From Hydrolagus affinis (taxonomy: Eukaryota), in the NCBI GenBank assembly GCA_012026655.1, contig JAAILG010000462.1, forward strand, positions 1-64,000: a stretch of 64,000 nt of DNA, in the 5' to 3' direction. The position numbers and the translations under genes are program-made. The notes beneath the pieces are model-generated. The model searched no databases and was not told where the DNA came from. It worked only from the letters and a program-made list of their open reading frames with translations. Positions 10,701 to 22,183 of this stretch are shown piece by piece (the first letter of the stretch is position 1; every line of letters begins with the position of its first letter).

Positions 10701-13700
10701 GGCTGTGGTGTTGCCTCCGCCTGGTCCTGAGCTAGAGTCACTTGATCAAATCACGATTGCACAAAACTTTAATGGGTTCACTCAGCATATGATAATAATG
10801 AGTGGAAGCGACAGAATGTGACGCCAGCTCTCCTCGAATTTCATAGTGGTTCCAAAGCATTTAGATAATGGAAACAATCTCAGCACAGTGAACATTGTGT
10901 GTGATTGCATAAGGTTTTTTTTGCTCACCCTTCATTCATTCTATTAGCAAACCTTCTCCTTGTTTGATTTCTTAACTTGCCAACAATGCAAAAAAAAAAG
11001 TAGTTTCCTCACCTCCTTGCATTGGTTGTGCCGCCTGATGTTCTCAGCCATGTACTTGACATTCTCGATGGTTTGCTGGATTTCTGGAAAGACCGAGATG
11101 ACGAGAAGTGCGTCCAAGAAATCTAGGCTGGAAGTGGAGGTCACACCGTCTCCCGCATCTGGGTTCCTCGCCAGGTGGCGCCTGTAATATCTGCACCGGG
11201 AATCCTGGCAAAGGGAACTGGCTTTGGTGCCCTTGGTTTCTGAGCTGGAGCTGAGGCTGTTGAGGTCCGAGAGTTCTGTGCTATCAGAGTGTCTGATCTG
11301 TTGAGGTTCCCCAGGCTCCTTGGTGGGTCTGGGTCTGACCATGAACATTACTCTCGGCAGCAAATCTATGAAGACTGTCCTTACCCAGGATGGCATGGTG
11401 TGGGTCTTGGGTGTCCTATAATGCACGTTGAGCACAAAGACGGTGATAACAATAGATAGGGTTATAAAGATCATAGTGAACAGAAGGTACTCGCCAATGA
11501 GAGGGATGACCAGTGAGGTGGAAGGTATAGTTTCCGTGATAACAAGAAGAAAGACAGTGAGAGACAGTAAGACCGAGATGCAAATAGTTACCTTCTCCCC
11601 GCTATCAGACGGGAGGTAAAAAACCAATACTGTCAGAAAGGAGATCAACATGCAAGGGACGATCATATTGACGGTGTAGAACAATGGCAACCGCCTGATG
11701 TAGAGCGAGTAGGTAATGTCCACGTAGATTTCTTCACAGCAGTTGTACTTAATGTCGTGCTTGAATCCCGAAGCGTCCATGATGGCCCATTCTCCGTTTT
11801 CCCACAGGTTATCCAGGTTAATGGTGGATCCGATCAGGGCGAGGTCGATTTTTGCTTTGTCATAGGTCCAGGAGCCGAATTTAATGCTGCAATTCTGATA
11901 GTCAAATGGGAAATAGGTGACGTCCATCCTGCAGGAGCTTTTGAATATGGCGGGAGGCGTCCAGGTCACTGTGCCGTTAAACTCGAGCAGAGCTCTGGTC
12001 TTGTCTCCCACCTGGAAATCACCAACTGCACTGGAAACACAACCCAAAGCAGACATCAACAGCAGAGACTCGGCATGTGGGCGGCTCAGCCATCAACCCG
12101 ACTGAGGAACAGTTACTCCCAACGCGGTCTCTCCCACTCGCCACCCACCCTCTCCGTGACATCTCAGCCTCCAAAATCACACCTATCCTCCTCGCCCTCT
12201 CCCACAATGCGACCTCTCACTTTCCTTCTGATATTGCTTTCCACCGGTAAAGGATGACGTCCCCTCCGGGCAGCCCCCACAACCCGCTTGGGTAGATATG
12301 TACCAACCAAGTATCTCCTCTCTTATCGCCTCTGACTTGTACACACCGCGACTCAACTGTGCATCGAGGCGCTTGCATCTCTTTAATTACCGTATATTCA
12401 TCATATTAAACTTCGATACTTCTTGCTACGAAATCCTAAACATATAAGAAAACAAAACATTGTGCAGAAACCACAGTTTTGTTCAACTCCGCGGCCCCCA
12501 GGGACGAAAATCAAATCAAATCGAAAGACGGGAGTATTTGTTTTGTGTTATGTAAACTGGTGCAGAATCAATCTGATTAAATGCGCCACATCCACTGAAA
12601 AATATATCGATTTTTATTTGAATTAATGCCGCCATAAATTTCACAATGTTTCAACCGCACTCTGCAAGAATTTCCTCGGCCCGTTTCCTGCAGCGTGTAA
12701 TAGATACACCGAGCAGCTAAACACACACACGATTCACCGCGAAGCGCTCTAACATGACGGAACCTTGCTGGACCCACTTAAATTACCGAAGAATAACTAA
12801 CTCATCCTCAAGTAGATACAGAACAGACTCCAAAACACCACATCATAATCCCCTTTAATAGTCACCCCCTCTCCCCCCCCATATCATTTATCTTTGCCCG
12901 GATTATACATCTCTAACTTGTACTGAGACCGTTTAACCGAATAATGGTGACATTCACATCTGGGTGAAATTCGACTTTTCCGACCTTATCAGTTTGTGGT
13001 TTTAATGAGATCAGAAATCGTGATTTCCCTCATGATACACAACCGTTAAGGACAGTGCCCTCTGACCCCCTCTTCCAATGTCCCCGGGGACTCCCGGCTC
13101 CTCGGAATCGATGTCCAATATTAGCTGCGCATTTGGACTTTCTATCACTCACTTGTTGTACAAGACGATGTCTGGTTTCCAGATGTTTCCAGAGGGCACC
13201 CTAATGAACTTGACGCCTCCGAATTCAGCCGGATCCCATCGCAGTTTGTAATCATTCCAGATCTGAGAGAAACGCGGAGATTGAAAAGGTGAAATTGTGC
13301 CGAGGCCTCCGCGAAACCCCAGAGCCAACAACACAAACCGCCAATCATCGATTCTCTCTCATCAGCGGTTTTTTCCCCCCTAAAAAAACACATGTGAATC
13401 AGACAGTGTATTACAGTAGCCTGTTTATATTGGGCGGTAACCTCATTGTGAAGGTGTGATCCGGAAATATTGGATGTACAGTATTAACTTGGCTTGTTCG
13501 ATTCAATCCACGGTCAACCAGTGGCGGCTGAGTTTTGATACTCCTGAACAAAGTCATCTATGGCCTTCAAACAGGTTCCCCGTCAGGTAAAGGTTAAGAT
13601 CTGCAACAACAACATGCAACCCTATAGGGGAGCATTCCCACAATGGGCACAGACACTGATTGGTTATATATTAATCCCAGTTTAAAAACATGAATCAATT

Positions 13701-15520
13701 TTCTACAGCCTCTCTCTGAACACAACGCAACACGGGTATTCACTGCAAATAGAGTATCACTCAACCTGGGTAACGAATTACACTGCCGACCTGTCCCTCG
13801 AGTTTACACTTATGAAATATGAAAGGATTTGCTACATTTTCATTCAGGCCAGACACTGTTTTCCCAGAACAATTAAGAGGATTTTGCAAATCGTCTTTGC
13901 ATATTTTTCGTGCCTTTTCTGGCGCATTGCTTTTGCATATTGCATTTCTGTCTTATTTTAATATAGTTTTCACGACGGGCATTTCAGTCGGTTGAGTCTC
14001 CCTCTCCCGATTACTGGAGCAAACAGTTCTGCAAACTGCCCTCTCCCCTCCTGCTGGTATTTAGGACGTGGCCTCCTCACTGGATGTTGGCTCCTTCAAA
14101 TGGACTAATCCCTGCTCACTTTTCTAATGATTGAAACTCACGTGTTTTAGCCACAGGTTGGTTTCCAAGAACTGATTGACTTCATCCTGGAAATCGAAGG
14201 AGCGAGAAGACAGTCAGTGCAGCACAGACAGAGAGTGGAGTGGGGACAGTACAGTGAGTAAAGGCGGATTGTGATAAAAAAAACTACTTTACCACTTTAA
14301 CCAGCTGAGACATGGACACCTCAAAATAAATGGTGATCGGGTCAGACACATTCTCCACCGGCCGGGTATACCGACTGTAGTTCTCGAAGAGTTTTGTGAA
14401 TAGTCTTTGCTCGGCCTCTGATGCCACAGCCCCTTTTTTTGGAAAGGAGAAAGCACACAACAAAGTGAATTCCCAAGCCATTGGGCTACAATGTTAAGCA
14501 ATTGCATTCATGTGCGGTAAACCTGTGTGCGACGAAAAAATCTGAACAAAAAAAATGAAGGCAATGATTCTGCAGGTCAGAAATTTACTAATGCCCCCGC
14601 AATGTTCTCAACGCCAGGCTGAGCTGTTAGCTGGTTAGACTCCAGAGGTTACTCCCAACGCACACTCTGGCCTCCCCAAGCCTTGGCTCTTGCCAACCTG
14701 CGCCTGTTACTTGCTGAACGAGGTAAGCAGGGAGAGAGTGTGAGTTCCATTCTATCAATCTATCAGCGCCTTGGGACGTCCCCCCGACGTGAAAGACGCT
14801 CTATAAATGTAATGTTGTCTGTAATAGGTGGGATGCCTGGAATTCTCAGCTGGATTTGGACGATGGGTTTCCGCACCTGTCAGTCACCTGGCTGATCAAA
14901 AATGTAAAGCAATTGGTGGTTAAATCCCAATTATACCCTCACTGCACATTCTGCCTCCCTCCTCCCCCCAATCCACACCCGCTAGAAACCCAAGGATTAT
15001 TACTATTATTTGTCTGGTGTAGAGTGTGAACTCTCTCAGAGGGAAACTCATATTTCTACTATATTTGATATATATATATATATTTCTATGTGATATTGCT
15101 TATCACATCTTCATCTTCAATGTCTCTTCCCAACACGAAAGGCGCTGTCTAACTAAATGTAAATTGTATTTTATCTAGAATGCCACTTGAGGAAAGTGAG
15201 ATCCGAGGAATACGTTGTCTGGCATATAAAAAAAACAAATAGTACAGCAAGATAGAGAGTTACGTCATATTGTTGGGTTGAATAATAACACAGGGTAAAA
15301 ATACAACTCAAATAGCAATGTATTCTAGGGTTAGGTTTGTACCTGATGGGATTTGAAGCAAACATACATAAGATGTGGATGTGTCTGAGGAATGGAGACG
15401 AGATCTGGCTGCTGTACTGTGCTGTACAACACACAGTGCTTTACTATAAAGTTTCTCACCTCCGATAAGCAACAAGAAAAGAGTAGAGGACAGAAGCAGA
15501 GGCTGGGATATGTTGTTCAT
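7646..15520 (-). CDS. CHRNA3: Neuronal nicotinic acetylcholine receptor alpha-3 subunit, 6 exons, 508 aa
   Basis: Exons 15460-15520, 14293-14432, 14142-14186, 13153-13262, 11013-12030, 7646-7798 total 1527 nt in frame, with the canonical 140/45/110-nt nAChR exons. Cys-loop [15 protein letters not shown], loop C YNCCEEIY with vicinal cysteines, four TM helices, an alpha3-type cytoplasmic loop (ELSDLN..CQD) and linkage to beta4. Confidence 0.9.
7921..8303 (+). mobile_element. tRNA-derived SINE with tandemly duplicated 3' tail
   Basis: Head at 7921; segment agtcaattcacttta..atcaaatgcaagga occurs twice (8126-8217, 8218-8303). Confidence 0.88.
8690..9131 (+). mobile_element. L2-clade LINE ORF2 3' fragment joined to a SINE-type tail
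   Basis: [46 protein letters not shown] is a typical L2 ORF2 C-terminus. Confidence 0.82.
9563..9879 (+). mobile_element. tRNA-derived SINE, full length
   Basis: Head, core and (TTA)n tail. Confidence 0.9.
10285..10520 (+). mobile_element. Decayed CR1 LINE 3' fragment
   Basis: aggaaccttttcacccagagggttg...tggaac resembles the CR1 RNFFTQRVV region. Confidence 0.6.
11013..12030 (-). CDS. CHRNA3: CHRNA3 exon 5 (Cys-loop, loops B and C, M1-M3, cytoplasmic loop)
   Basis: Within ORF 10944-12059; acceptor ttccag at 12031, donor gag|gtgagg at 11012. Confidence 0.95.
13153..13262 (-). CDS. CHRNA3: CHRNA3 exon 4
   Basis: 110 nt; [36 protein letters not shown]. Confidence 0.95.
14142..14186 (-). CDS. 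CHRNA3: CHRNA3 exon 3
   Basis: 45 nt; [15 protein letters not shown]; ccag|...|gtgagt. Confidence 0.94.
14293..14432 (-). CDS. CHRNA3: CHRNA3 exon 2
   Basis: 140 nt; [46 protein letters not shown]. Confidence 0.93.
15460..15520 (-). CDS. CHRNA3: CHRNA3 exon 1 coding part (signal peptide)
   Basis: [20 protein letters not shown] hydrophobic leader; phase-1 donor gag|gtgaga compatible with exon 2. Confidence 0.8.
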
Positions 15521-15644
15521 TGAGCTGTACGGTTACACTGCCAAAGGAGGGGAACGTGAACCGCAGGGCGGCGAGGCAGAGCTGAGCAGTGGGAATACTG
15601 TACAGACAAGAGCATTAAAACAGCAGCAACAAGGACCGAGCCCC

Positions 15645-15763
15645 TCCACACACTCAAATACAGTCATATACACACACTCATACACACACCCACATATACA
15701 CTAATACACACACTCGGACTCAAATACACACACACACACTCATACACATGTTCATTTTCACAC
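15645..15763. repeat. Imperfect (CA)n repeat running into an assembly gap
   Basis: Visible CA-rich array. Confidence 0.85.
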
Positions 15764-15910
15764 NNNNNNNNNNNNNNNNNNNNNNNNNNNNNNNNNNNNN
15801 NNNNNNNNNNNNNNNNNNNNNNNNNNNNNNNNNNNNNNNNNNNNNNNNNNNNNNNNNNNNNNNNNNNNNNNNNNNNNNNNNNNNNNNNNNNNNNNNNNNN
15901 NNNNNNNNNN
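15764..15910. other. Assembly gap (N)
   Basis: N run. Confidence 1.
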
Positions 15911-16050
15911 ACTACTGCTCATACAATTAGTACCTTAGAGACCGTAAAGATGGTCAAATTGTGCTGCTGTTTGCTGGTCTGTGGTGAGAGTGGCTAGAAT
16001 CCGCTGTGTTACAATTCGGGCTGGCGATGAATCAAAACCCAAGATCACTG

Positions 16051-16150
16051 NNNNNNNNNNNNNNNNNNNNNNNNNNNNNNNNNNNNNNNNNNNNNNNNNN
16101 NNNNNNNNNNNNNNNNNNNNNNNNNNNNNNNNNNNNNNNNNNNNNNNNNN
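16051..16150. other. Assembly gap (100 N)
   Basis: N run. Confidence 1.
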
Positions 16151-16320
16151 TAAAGGGGGTGAGCGCTCCTCTGTAAATATTACAACTGGAATGTATTTCT
16201 TTCACGGAAGTCCACTGTATCCATTTAATTCCGACCCTGTTCATAACTTGCTCTTAAATATACGCCTGAACGGGGATCCAGTTTAAAGCTACCCTCATTT
16301 TCCTTCTTTGACAGAAAGGT

Positions 16321-16347
16321 ATTCATTCATTCATTCATTCATTCATT
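16321..16347. repeat. (ATTC)n microsatellite
   Basis: attcattcattc... Confidence 0.9.
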
Positions 16348-17112
16348 GATACTGTATTTATATTTTTTATATCCTAGTACAGCGTCCACAGAATCTCAAG
16401 TAGCAAATGAGACTATTCTAACGTGTGTCTCAGCAAGACTAGTGTCACAGAACATGCCTATTGTAGTTTGTACAGCACTAAGATACGGTATTATTGTATA
16501 TCTATATTGCATATATTCTATATCTGTATTGTATATTGTATATCTATCAGTCTGATTAAACCAAGCACAGTTTACAGTATCCCTCAAACACACTCGAACG
16601 TGGCCTTATACTAAAATTAAATATAATATTGTAAACTGAAAACTCACGCCCGATGCCGCCTCCATTTGTACTGACCGCAATCCCTGACTAAATGGTCGTC
16701 AAATCTGCCATGGCTTGCTGTAACCTCAGGGTTTTATATATGTTTTCTGAGTGGGTTGAGTCCCTGCCCTCAGGGTCTGGTCTGTCCTTCTCGGTGTGTG
16801 ACTGAGCCAGCCTGACTGTGTCAGATATCATGTCAGACACACGGCTGACCCCCCAAAACAGTCTCATTCAGTCCATTGTCCCCTGCTCAACATTTTATAA
16901 ATCTCCATGAATCCCAATCTTGACTTCCCTGTAGTGTAATCTATCAATCACCAGCAGTGTCCACACCTGATCTGCTTTCCTGCTCCTGACCTATCCCATC
17001 CTGGTCTGTAATCAGGCATCGCGTTATTCATTGGGGTCAAATGGTAACAAGCATCACGGGACATAAAAACATGATCCACTATTTCACTGATTTAATGTTG
17101 CAAGTTTAGTTT

Positions 17113-17520
17113 TAGAGCGCAAGTCTGGTTAGAGCACTCGCCTCGCAAGTCAGAGACGTGGGTTTGATTCCCGGCAGGTCAGGGTGAGACCTTGGACAGG
17201 TTTCCTTACTCCATACGCTGGCTAATAATTTCTCAAGAAAAACCCCAATAATAAATCGGTCATTGAATCCACGACTGTTTGTGGGGACACTGCTGTGCAC
17301 AATTGGCGGCTGTGATTTCACCCACAAATACACAGTCAATTCACTTTACAGTATATTCTGTGAAGCGCTTTGAGACGTCTAGAAGACATGAAAAGTGCTA
17401 TCAATTTCAAGCATTATTATTAATATTATCATTATTAATAATAATAATTATTAATATTATTCTGTGAAGCGCTTTGAGGATGTCTGAACAATGTGATAAT
17501 CCAGAAATGCAAGGACTATG
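17113..17520 (+). mobile_element. tRNA-derived SINE with second tail copy
   Basis: Family head, core and tail; extra tctgtgaagcgctttgag..aaatgcaagga at about 17460-17517. Confidence 0.85.
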
Positions 17521-18990
17521 AATAACAACAACTTGGATTTATATATGCCAGATGGTTTCTCAGAGCGCTTCACAATAGCAGAGCCCAAGGCCAAGCCAGG
17601 GGGAGAGAGAAAAAGTTAACCATAGGCGTGGTTGAACAGAAAAGTCTTCAGGCTCGACCTGAAAATGGAAAAGGAGGGGGTGAGGTGGATGGATTGAGGA
17701 GGGAGTGACTGAAAGCACAGCTGCTGATGGTGGAGGGGAGGATTCAGGGGACAAGGAGGTGGCCAGATCCAGCAGAGTGGAAGCAGCAGGTACTGCTGTG
17801 AGGAGATAGGAGGTTAGAGAGGTTGGGGGGGTGCAGAGCAGTGGAGGGATTTAAACACAAAAGTAAGGATCTTGAAGTTGATCTGCTGTGTGACAGGGAG
17901 CCTGTGAAATGTGAGGACTGGGGTAATCTGGGAGCGAAGTTTGGTTCGGGTGAGAATGTGGGCAGCGGGGTTCTGTATGAGTTGGATTTTGTGAATGGTG
18001 GCAGAGGGGAGACCAGTGAGGAGGATGTTGGAGTAGTCCAGCCAAGAGGTGACAAAGGCATTGACCAGGGTTTCAGCAGCTTTCGGGATGAGATATTGGC
18101 AGAGATGGAAGAAAGCAGTGCTGGTGAGGGACTGGATGTGGGGGAGGAAGAATAATTGGGGGTCAAACCTGACGCCTGGTTGCATATGGGTTCGGAGCAT
18201 TTTAGGGGCAGGTTGGCTAGGTGGAGGAGGTGAGAGCCATGGGACTGAAGACATCGAAGAGAGGCAAAGAGTATGGCTTTCATCTTGTCAATGTTTAATT
18301 GTAGGAAGTTTGCGTTCATCCAGCTCTTGATGTCTGACAGATAGGCTGACAGAACATTAGGGGACTGGGGATCTCAATTTGAGGTGGAAAAGTAGAGGGA
18401 AGTACACCTCATGTCTGCAGATGACATCACCAAGAGGGAGCATGTAGATAAGGAAGAGAAGGGCACCAACGATGGATCGTTGGGGTACCCTGCAGGTCAC
18501 CAGGCCAAAGTGAGAGGAAAAGCTGTTTGCAGAGATGCAGTGCTGGTGGTTTGTAAGGTAGGACTTGAACCAGGCGAGTGTGTTCCCATTGAGGTGGATG
18601 ATGGAGGACAGACAGTGGAAGAGGATGGTGTGATCGACTGTATCGAAGGCAGCGGAGAGGTCAAGGAGGCAAAGGGAGCCCTGGTCACAGATAGAGCCCT
18701 GGTCATAGATAGAGAGGACATTGTTTGTGCCTTTCACAAGTGCAGTCTCTGTACTGTGGGCAGAGTGGAACCTGGACTGGAGGGGTTCAAATAGGGTTGG
18801 AGGGAGAGGTGTGCGCATAATTGGTTAGCAACAACATGTTCTGAAACTTTTGGAGTGAAGGGCAGATTTGAGATAGAGCAGTAATGGCTGGGGTTGGATC
18901 CTTTTAAGGATGTGGGTGATGATAGCGGTTTTGGAGGGGTGGGGGGGTGCGGGGAGGGACTGATTATTATTATTAGCACTATTTTGCTTT
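17521..18990 (-). mobile_element. L2-clade LINE, 5'-truncated and frameshifted (RT domain to 3' tail)
   Basis: ORFs give HSTETALVK, LLDLSAAFDTVDH, VPQRSIVGALLFLIYMLPLG, NFLQLNIDK, VTSWLDYSN; tail at 17521-17580. Confidence 0.92.
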
Positions 18991-19499
18991 GAATACATTT
19001 GTAAACAAGAGAAATTAGTCATTATTTAAAAGCCAATGCCATGGCGTAGTGTTTTCACCTATTAGAGGTTTTTTTTAATGTATGTAATGTATTTTGAACA
19101 AAATATATATTTTTATTTGATTTTAGTGAGGGAGAATCTAATAGTGTACACTGAATATAAGGATGCAGGAGCAGCTCCAACTATATACAGGCAGATTAGA
19201 CAGCTGCCAGAGCAAAAGACTTTGATAAATTAAAGCAATTTATTTTGAATGCTCGACTAATGAAATTGAGGTGGGTGGTGGTGCAGCAAGTGTCATGTGT
19301 TAGCACCGATGCTGCCTATAGGTATTTTAAAGTAAATGCATCTCTCTTAGGTTAAAGCTAAAGCGATTGAACTTCTAAATGTGTAGGAACGAATTGTCCT
19401 CATTGGCTTCTGCCCTTGGCCCCCTCCACCTCTTCATCTGCATGCTCCCTCTTCCCAAAGTCATCTGGAGATATAGGTTTAACACTCACACATATGCAC

Positions 19500-20110
19500 A
19501 TGGCACTCAAAACTATGCATAGTGCACAACCTTGGCATTCAGTTTGCTCCTCAGTTTCTTTCTCACCCACATCCAATCTCTGATCAATTGCTTTTCTTCA
19601 TTATCCGCTTCCACTTCCACCTCAGTTTCAATGCCGCTGAAACCCTATCCTCACCTACAAACCCATCATTCCCCACTTGAAAATGAAAGAATTGCAAGGC
19701 TGTGCGGGGGAATGGGATTAGTTGGTAGCTATTTCAAAGAAAAGGCACAGGCACAATGGGTCCAATGGCTTCCTTCTGCCTGACTCCACTGACTTGCCAT
19801 CATATGGATACAGTTCAAGATCCTCGTCCTCATTTTCATCCTCCATGAACTTGCTCGCAGCTACCTTTGCGACTTCCTAATCCTATACCAACCTATTCAC
19901 TCCCTACGCTCAGCGGGCTCTGACCTGCTTTACGTCCTCTGCCTTGCTTACCCTACCTTTGGCAGGTGGACCTATAGCCACTCTGGCCCACCCTCCCTGC
20001 CATCCACCATTCCCAAACCTGATTCCCAACTCAAAACAATGATTAACCAGCGCCTTGGGATGTCCTCCTGATGTGAAAGGTGCTATAGAAATATTATCTT
20101 ATTGTTGTTC
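19500..20110 (+). mobile_element. Decayed L2 3' fragment with tail; short CR1-like piece at about 19690-19780
   Basis: ttcaagatcctcgtcctc.., ends cagcgccttgggatgtcctcctgatgtgaaaggtgctat. Confidence 0.6.
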
Positions 20111-20497
20111 TATGCTGTAAGATTGTATGATTTTATGAAGGACAGCATTGTTTGGGTGAAAAAGTCACTGTATTGTTAGACTATATTGTCTGCAGGTGAG
20201 AAATAGCATTTGGGTGATGACATGGCATCACTAATTGATGATAACCGCACTTGTCCAGGTCCCTCTCGATCACTTTTGAGATGTTTCAGTGTAAGTATGA
20301 GGAGTATTTTATTTCTGTGTGTAGATTGAATTAGATGATTTCATAGTCACAGCTTCTCAAGTGTTAGATAAAGAATAGTCACTGAGGCTGGGGCATAAGG
20401 CAACAGAGAGCAACACACACAAGTAGAATTCTGCCCTACGATGAAGCAACACCTTCAGTAGAGAATTGAAAAGGGGGCGATTTCCTTTTGTAAAGTT

Positions 20498-21655
20498 CAC
20501 AGAATCATAGAATTTTACGGCACAAAAGGAGTCCATTTGGCCCATCTAGTCTGTGCCGGCTCTTTGAAAAGAGCAACTCAATCCCACTGCCCAGCTCTCT
20601 CCCCATTACCTAACAGACCTGTTCTCCCTAAATAAAGATCTAATTCTCTTTTAAAAGCTGTTACCGAATCGGCCTCCACCACCTTTTCAGGCAATGCATT
20701 CCAGATTCGAACAACCCGCTGAGTGAAAAAATTTCTCCTCAGCTCCCCTCTACTTCGCCTTGAAACTATTTTAAATCTATGACCACGAGTCACAGATTCG
20801 CCCACCAGTGGAAACAGTTTTTCCTTATTCACCCTGTCGAATCCCCTCATGATTTTATAAACCTCTATTAGGTCTCCTCTCAACCTTCTCTGTTCCAAAG
20901 AGAATAAACCTAGCCTATCGAGCCTTTCCCCATAACTGAAGTCCCTCAATCGTAGTACCATTCTAGTAAACCTTCTTTGCACCTTTCCAATGCCTTAACA
21001 TCCTTTCTATAGTGTGGTGACCAGAATTGGACACAGTACTCCAGCTGAGGCCCAATCAAAGTTTATAGAGGTTAGTCAGCACTTTCTGACTTTTGTACTC
21101 TATACCCCTATTTATAAAGCCTGGTATCCCATATGCTTTCCTAACAGCTTTGTCTACCTGTCCTGCCATATTCAAAGAGTTGCTAATATAAATCCCAGGT
21201 CTTTTTGTTCCATCACACCCCTTAAAATTATACTATCTAGCCTATATTGCCTCCCCTCATTTCTTCTCCCAAAATGTATCACCTCACACTCCTCTGCATT
21301 AAACTTCATCTGCCATGTGTCTGCCCACTTTACCATTTTATCTATATCTTCTTGCAGATGATTACTATACTCCTCACTATTTACTATTCTCTCTAACTTA
21401 GTATCATTTGCAAACTTGGAAACTGTGCTCCCTACACCCAAGTCCAGATCGTTAATATATATTGAAAAGACCAGTGGTCCCAATACCGATCCCTGGGGGA
21501 CTTCACTGCACACTTCCCTCCAGTCTGAAAAACAACCGCTCACCACAATTCTTTGCTTTCTGTCTCACAGCCAGTTGTGGATCCATGCTGCCACTGTCCC
21601 TTTAAAGCTCTGGGCCTCTACTTTCCTAATAAGCCTCTTGTGCCCCACTTTGTCA
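20498..21655 (-). mobile_element. CR1 LINE 3' fragment (RT C-terminus and 3' UTR), relatively young
   Basis: VPQGSVLGPLVFSIYINDL..KFANDTKL..WQMKFN; QRRFTRMV..LFSLEQRRLRGDLIEVYKIM..RNFFTQRVVRIWN. Confidence 0.95.
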
Positions 21656-21842
21656 AGTTCATGCTGCTTAAACAGCTAAGCACATTGTGCAATTGAAGAG
21701 AGCTTTCTGGGTCATTATTTTACATAACGTGCAGACTTTTTGACAGAAAACCTAATAAAAGTTTGTCATTTAACAGTTTATTTAGAACATTCCAACTGTC
21801 ACACAAATTGAAGAAAGTTGCTTCTTTTCTTTACACTGAAAC

Positions 21843-21852
21843 TTTATTTATT
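21843..21852 (-). terminator. Probable CHRNB4 polyadenylation signals
   Basis: tttatttatt on plus strand, about 200 nt after the stop; another tttatt near 21777. Confidence 0.5.
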
Positions 21853-22051
21853 AGCATAAGTCGATTATTAAGGCAAATTTATGTGTATGGTATATCTTAT
21901 ATAGTGGCTCTTGATATAGAGAAAGCGCTTTAAAGACTCTGAGAAACCATGCAGCAACCAGTTCGTGTTTCTTGTGCAGCAAAATGCTGTGTAAAAAGTT
22001 CCTCAACAAATGAAAGGCTGTGAAAGTTCTTGTTGCCAAGGCTGAGACATG

Positions 22052-22183
22052 TCAAGGGTAGGGGTGATTGTAAATGATTGGCTGCAGAAACAGTCCAATT
22101 GTCCCTACGATGCAAACGACCACAAAGATCCAGAGAAACAAGCGATCCACTACCATGGCTACGTACTTCCAATCTTCAGTTAC
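22052..22183 (-). CDS. CHRNB4: CHRNB4 exon 6
   Basis: [43 protein letters not shown]. Confidence 0.94.
   Translation of the reverse strand, partial: VTEDWKYVAMVVDRLFLWIFVVVCIVGTIGLFLQPIIYNHPYP

Noticed and set aside
11757-12257. 166-aa plus-strand ORF
   Set aside because: Antisense shadow of CHRNA3 exon 5 running into low-complexity intron
21660-22051. Search for the rat beta43' enhancer (tandem 37-bp ETS repeats) in the beta4 3' UTR
   Set aside because: No tandem repeat or convincing paired ETS sites seen
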